The notes under the pieces were generated by a model, which searched no databases, was not told the origin of the DNA, and saw only the letters and a program-made list of their open reading frames with translations. A stretch of DNA of 64,000 nucleotides, from contig NC_082731.1 in assembly GCF_030144855.1 (NCBI RefSeq), forward strand, positions 25,916,001 to 25,980,000, in the 5' to 3' direction. Every line of letters begins with the position of its first letter. Positions within the stretch are counted from its first letter, which is position 1. Positions 63,801 to 64,000 of the stretch are shown one piece after another. This DNA is from Hypanus sabinus. Its lineage: Eukaryota. Both the position numbers and the translations under genes were made by a program.

Positions 63801-64000
63801 AAAAATATTAAACTATGTTTTTTATAATTTATAGTATTTTGTTTTTGCAATATGTTTAATCTTTTCAATTTATGTATAGTCAATTTTTTAATCTAAAGAT
63901 TCTTGCGGCTGCCCTTCGTATAAAGCGATCTAAATGATCCACCTTCCATTGTGATTCATAGTCGAGCCGGACAACAAAGAGAGGCTTAAAACGCTGGCTG
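60821..64000 (-). mobile_element. L1-clade LINE (paralog of 20053-23985), runs off window
   Basis: Collinear ORF2 remnants, e.g. YRTLPLLNIDTKNL and KSPGPD. Confidence 0.9.

Larger units (their letters stand above)
37539..64000. repeat. Segmental duplication, copy B (continues right of window)
   Basis: Collinear with 1-23239 apart from copy-specific blocks at ~37973-38360 and 45526-48662 and a ~200 bp loss near 51655. Confidence 0.97.

Noticed and set aside
1-64000. Prokaryotic systems, CRISPR arrays, rRNA/tRNA genes
   Set aside because: No operon-like ORF density, no repeat-spacer arrays and no recognisable structural RNA genes; the sequence is intron- and retroelement-rich vertebrate DNA.

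Overview
Eukaryotic (vertebrate) genomic DNA, most likely from a cartilaginous fish. That assignment is inferred from the shark/ray-type IgH-like V exons and the CR1/L1/RTE/Gypsy repeat landscape. The window holds two tandem copies of a ~38 kb segmental duplication: copy A is 1-23239 and copy B is 37539-64000, about 93% identical in a hand-counted 360 bp sample. They are separated by a Gypsy LTR element and a full-length, TSD-flanked L1. Each copy carries one intact IgH-like V gene segment (split leader, 108 bp intron, open V exon, perfect 23-RSS). Copy B also carries a well-formed 12-RSS/D/23-RSS segment, a second orphan 12-RSS and a decayed TCR-delta/alpha-type J (KLILGNETTLIVEP). In copy A this D-J block is absent, with a 4 bp microhomology at the junction. 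Both copies retain weak, eye-level remnants resembling a TCR constant Ig exon and a TCR alpha/delta transmembrane exon further downstream. The best reading is a tandem array of hybrid 'IgH-V + TCR-delta D-J(-C)' cassettes in which the V segments are intact and diversifying while the D/J/C parts are decaying or lost. Most remaining sequence is old retrotransposon debris. No prokaryotic features, rRNA, tRNA or CRISPR were seen. Repeat boundaries are approximate unless termini or TSDs are quoted, and all counts were done by eye.
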